Below are positions 59,501 through 64,000 of a stretch of DNA of 64,000 nucleotides, piece by piece. The stretch's first letter is position 1. Each line of letters starts with the position of its first letter. This DNA comes from Calcarisporiella thermophila CBS 279.70 (Eukaryota > Fungi > Calcarisporiellomycota), in NCBI RefSeq assembly GCF_041956535.1, contig NW_027192216.1, positions 138,274 through 202,273 on the forward strand. Reading direction: 5' to 3'. A model generated the notes under the pieces. The model had not been told where the DNA came from. It made no database searches and was given only the letters and a program-made list of their open reading frames with translations. A program made the position numbers and the translations under genes.

Positions 59501-62500
59501 AGAATACGAATACCTTTTTTTGCTTCTGAAAGCTCCTCGACACTGGGCGGATTGATGCGAGTGTAGTTCTTAAGAATATCTAAAATGATGGTGCCCTTTT
59601 TCGCGACAGAATTCTCAGGGTCCAAGTGAAGCATTTGTTTGAGGAGAAAGAGTAGTCCTATCATATGTACAAGATCAGCTAAAGTAAGCTGGCATATTCC
59701 AGATATATGAAGCTGGATTTACGTTCATAATCATAGGGCGAAATGCGAGGTAAACACAATTCTTGTAGCATTTTTAACAGCTTTCCCTTGTTTACGACGC
59801 CATCGATGACGCCTGCGATCAGGTCTTGATAGTTATCGCAGTTAGAGAAGAAGAGCTGTTTGATGTACTCGAGAAATACAAAATCGTCTAGTAGATTTGA
59901 AAATTTCACCTTAGCGCACATGATAATTTTTAGAAATATATGAATAGTAGATAATTGCCTTCAATAAAATACGCTTGGCCAAATTCTAGAGCAGAGAGAA
60001 CGTCAAAATTGGTGCGCTCCAGGAACAACGGTATTAGCTTGCGCTGATATTCTCCCATTTTCGATGTTATGAAATGGCTTTCATCAAATGGAATGCCTAC
60101 AAATGGAAATCGTCATATATAAGGCCCGATAATCAGCGAAAAGCTAACTTACTGAGAAGCTTCAACTGGTGCCACCAGCGTCCTTTGGCAGCCAGTTCTT
60201 TGCAGCTCACAAGGAATGAACGTTGTTTCCATATTGTAGCACATCCAATACCAATGGCAGCAAATTCAATCAGGCGATGGTAATCTGTCCCGACAGTCGA
60301 CATGCCGGCCTACAATGAATAATGTGAAAGTTGAAATATCCATTATGCATATGAAACAAGAGATATTTACTCTAAAAGCTTCGTATGCTTTCTCCATGTC
60401 CATCGAGATCATGTACGCAAAGGCAAGTTTTTGATCGATGCATCGTGCGGATAAAACCTGACAAATTCATTGCGGTTTGAAGGTTAAACTCACTCGATTC
60501 TCGCATAAATTTTGGATGCGCGTACCTTTTGAATGCAAATGCTCATCAACTCGTTGTAGTGATTGACATCCACTGAATCCAGTTGCAACTCCTGATTGCC
60601 TCTCACAATGAACTCCTGTGCCCGATGATATACGCAAACTGCTGTTTGAAATGAACGATTTTCACGCAGATATTCGCGTAAATTCTTTAGGGCAACGTAA
60701 AATGGTGAACTGTGATTTGATGCTCGGGATTTTGCCTTCCTATAAGAGCTATTTCGCTCGGGTTCGGCCCGACCTCTTTCGCAGCAGCTAATTACAAACT
60801 CCCCGGTAAGCATCATGGCATCCTTTGTCTTCATAACTAATCCATTTTCGTAGTAATGATCTTCAAAGAGGGAGCTTGCGTATTTGTCGGTAAGGGTGCT
60901 GTAGTTTTCGAAGAAAGCTTGGCGCGTAGTACCGGCTAAACCCCCAATTGCCGAAAAGCAGCCCGCAGTAGAAGAAGAGGACGAGACCACTGGGGTTTCC
61001 TCAAAATCTAGATGAAATACAATGAAAAATTCGTGGTTACAAAAGAAGACACAAGGGCTATACTTACTTCTACCCTCTGTTCGTGCTAGAGCATCATAAT
61101 CGCCACCCTCGCACTGAGCAAAGATATCACTCTGGATTTCATAACACTTGAAATCATCGAGGCAGTCTAAAGGTAAGAATATAAATTTATATATGCCCTA
61201 GCAGTCTCGCCCAAGGCGCTTTTCCACTTTACCTTTGATACTCTCATTACTGCATATAGTTAATGCGTTCTGAGAAATCCGCTGAATTTGGTTCGTCAAA
61301 CGAAAAGCGTTTTGATCGGTATTATACGCCATCTCTGGATGCTGAGCGGCAAATCGGCTCATTAAGAACGCAATATTCCGCAGCACTTCACCTGTTTCAT
61401 TATTTGGATACTTGTCCTGTAGCTCTTTGGCAAGAATTAATGCCGTCTGGAATTGGCCGTGCGCGCTAGCCTCCTCTGCCATTATGATCTTAGCACTATC
61501 GCGAGAAATGTTGAGAATCTCGGCCAAACTATCGTTATTAGGCAAACTTAGTATTCTGAGATGGATAGAGAACAAAGCCAAGTAAATACCGATATATTTT
61601 GGTAAAGCTATTGGTTGCTCCTGCCGGAGCAGTCCCATAACTCACTCCCGAGAACATTTTTTCCATTTCGCTTCTCAGTATTTGCCAGCATGTCTCTACT
61701 TGGGCCAGTTCATCCACCATCAGTACAATCCCAAATTCCACAAACAGCGCCTTCAGTGATCTAAGGTACTCGATTTTCTCGGCGGCAACATAGAGTTGTT
61801 TTCGGGTATGGCTATCGGTGCGCGAGACGAAAAATTCTGCAATTCCAAGAGCGGCATCTATTGCCCAAGAGAAAGTCGCCTTGGCCTCTGGTGGATATTG
61901 GTCTAATCCAGTTGAAGATTAGTATAACTACTCGCTTTTACGTAAATGCATACAAATCACTCACCTTCCTCAATCGACTCCTTTACGTCTTCAATGACAC
62001 CTAATAGCCAGACTATGACCTCCTGGCCAATACAGCACGTGAGCGGAGCAATCGCGGTGTCTGGCATGTTTTCTCGCTCCTTTTCGTCCAATTGATTGAG
62101 AAGCTCCAACGCCTCAGATAGCTTATGGGCAGCACACAAACTTTGTAGCCGCCAAACATAAGCATCCTCTCGGCTAAGGTGATGATATGCTCCCACTACT
62201 TGCAAAGCATCTTCCATTGCAGAGTCGATATCAGTCCTATTGACGAGATATTTTACCAATCCTGACAGCAAGCAAGATTAGTGAGCGTCTTAGTCAAGAT
62301 ATTAGAAGCAATGTAAATTGAACCTTTTGCAAGGGAGAAGTCCGACACGTTGAATGACCTGATCGAATATTTGAGAAGCATTCGCTTCAATCGCATAAGG
62401 CGGTATTGCTCTCGTAATTCCTCATCTCGCCTAAGGCCTTGCTGGGAGAGCATATCCTGGATGGTGGCCTCTACGTCATCGCTCCATGGTATGGGAGTAC

Positions 62501-64000
62501 GGCGCATCAATTCGATCACTACGTCTAGGCGAATCTCAAAACTACGTATATACTTAAGTATAGCCAAAACACGCGCTTCCCATGGTGCTTAAAAAACGGA
62601 GGCTTTGAGCAAATTCAATCTAAATTAATATTTTTGATGATAATTTTTACCATTAAATAGGGTGGACCCGATTTTAGCTAGTAAATTGAATACAAGATAT
62701 TTAGGGTATTGATCGAAATAAAGACAGAGGGCTCATAAGACTCATACCTGCACCATCCATTACTTCAATACAATACTCCATTAATAATTCATCATGCGGC
62801 AATCCATTCTTCTCGGTATAAGGAGCAAAGTTTTTCTCAATCGCCTCCGGTATTACTTCAGGTGCAGCAATGCGATCCACTAATTCAATTGCTACATAGA
62901 GGGAATATTAATAAAGCTAATTTTAAAGTAAAAAGAAGTGAAGTCTAACCAATCTGGCTTGGGGAAGACTGGCAATATTCGGCCAAAGTAACCTTCAGAT
63001 CGTGGGCATCCTATGAATATAGCGCAGGGATTGGTCCGTTAAAGCACATATGCATTGCAAAGAGAAGGAACACGATACCAACCCACAAATATACAAGATC
63101 TTCCAACTGACGCGCAAGTTTTGTCGGCTTCTCGACATTCCCGCTATCCCGTGTCGTGGTTTGGAAAGACGAGTACGACGCGGTTTGTGCTAGTAATATC
63201 GTATTATCAACGTATCTTGAAGGTGTGGCGATTGCAAAAAGATCATTGAAGGTCGATTGTATTTCATCGGCGCCGTTTGTCGCTGAGTTCGCCATCTCAT
63301 TCATGCTATTTACATCCAGCAATCGTATCACCTCCAAAGCATCATGTGGTTGTCTCTGCCGGCTCTCCATCATTCGGGCGCGCTGCTCAATCCACTCATT
63401 AACGCTTGCTCTGTCTTCTGTCTTTCGAACATGAGGCAAAACCTCATTCTTCAACCAGGGCGCAAATTCCTCCACAGAGGTAGAAGCTGGTATCTCGGTC
63501 AAAATTTCACGCACATGTTTCATCAGATCGGCATCGAGGAAATGACGCCGCCAAGCAACTATCGCCAGCTTTGGTTTGCCGATACCAAAGAGCCGACGTA
63601 GAACCTTGACCATATCACACGTGCGGAAACGCTGCCACGCGTTGCCGTCAAAATAATCATGCATTTTGGCTTCGATGGTACATGCATCCTCCCAATCTTT
63701 CCCTTCATAGCTGACATCCTCTTTTCTCTCGCCTATGATCTCCATCGAATCGGACAACGGAACTGCACTACCTTCCTCAGAGAGTGCAAATCGGATCAAT
63801 TGATAGGTGCCTAAACGGCGTATTGCAGAGTGTACTTGAAGCGAGGATATCGAGCTATTTTCGGATTTACGGTCATTTGCGGCCTGGACAATTGAGCGTG
63901 CATGGGAAAGAAGGCGAGAGGTTTCAGAGTAGGAAGGCAACACCGCCTTCAAACAAATATCGACAATAAATGCATCGTCCTAATAATGAATTAGTTGCAT
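56542..64000 (-). CDS. KNTC1: Kinetochore-associated protein ROD/KNTC1 (RZZ complex), many exons, 5' end outside the window
   Basis: IAIELVDRIAAPEVI; WEARVLAIL; TPIPWSDDVE; LKRMLLKYSIRSFN; AMEDALQVVGAY; PRISPYDYER; PLELICQLY; WENTLARL. Confidence 0.8.

Overview
Intron-rich eukaryotic DNA (GT-AG introns of about 50-120 nt with CTAAC/CTGAC-type branch points). Gene content (ROD/KNTC1, HAUS4, Def1-like, LaeA-like, Yap1-like) points to an early-diverging fungus, probably Mucoromycota (inference). There are about 24 protein genes, mostly housekeeping (MPG1, galactose mutarotase, ARG3, RING-TRAF, Yap1-like bZIP, SNX41, bL27m, GET5, GSK-3, PAC2, USP, HAUS4, CCT7, PFD6, DEF1, ROD), plus several orphans. 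The window also holds two tRNA genes, three intron-encoded C/D snoRNAs in two non-coding host genes, retroelement relics and one 586-N assembly gap. The most striking signal is a position-specific retroposition system. Upstream of tRNA-Ile, five poly(A)-tailed elements (two tRNA-derived SINEs and three truncated 3' ends) are stacked, separated by 13-18 bp target-site duplications, like a chronological repeat-spacer array. The innermost target site lies 71-87 bp upstream of the tRNA. The same geometry (TSD 72-87 bp upstream, SINE head facing away, same passenger element) recurs upstream of tRNA-Val with an unrelated target sequence. Exon boundaries were read by eye; CDS coordinates are start-to-stop spans including introns.
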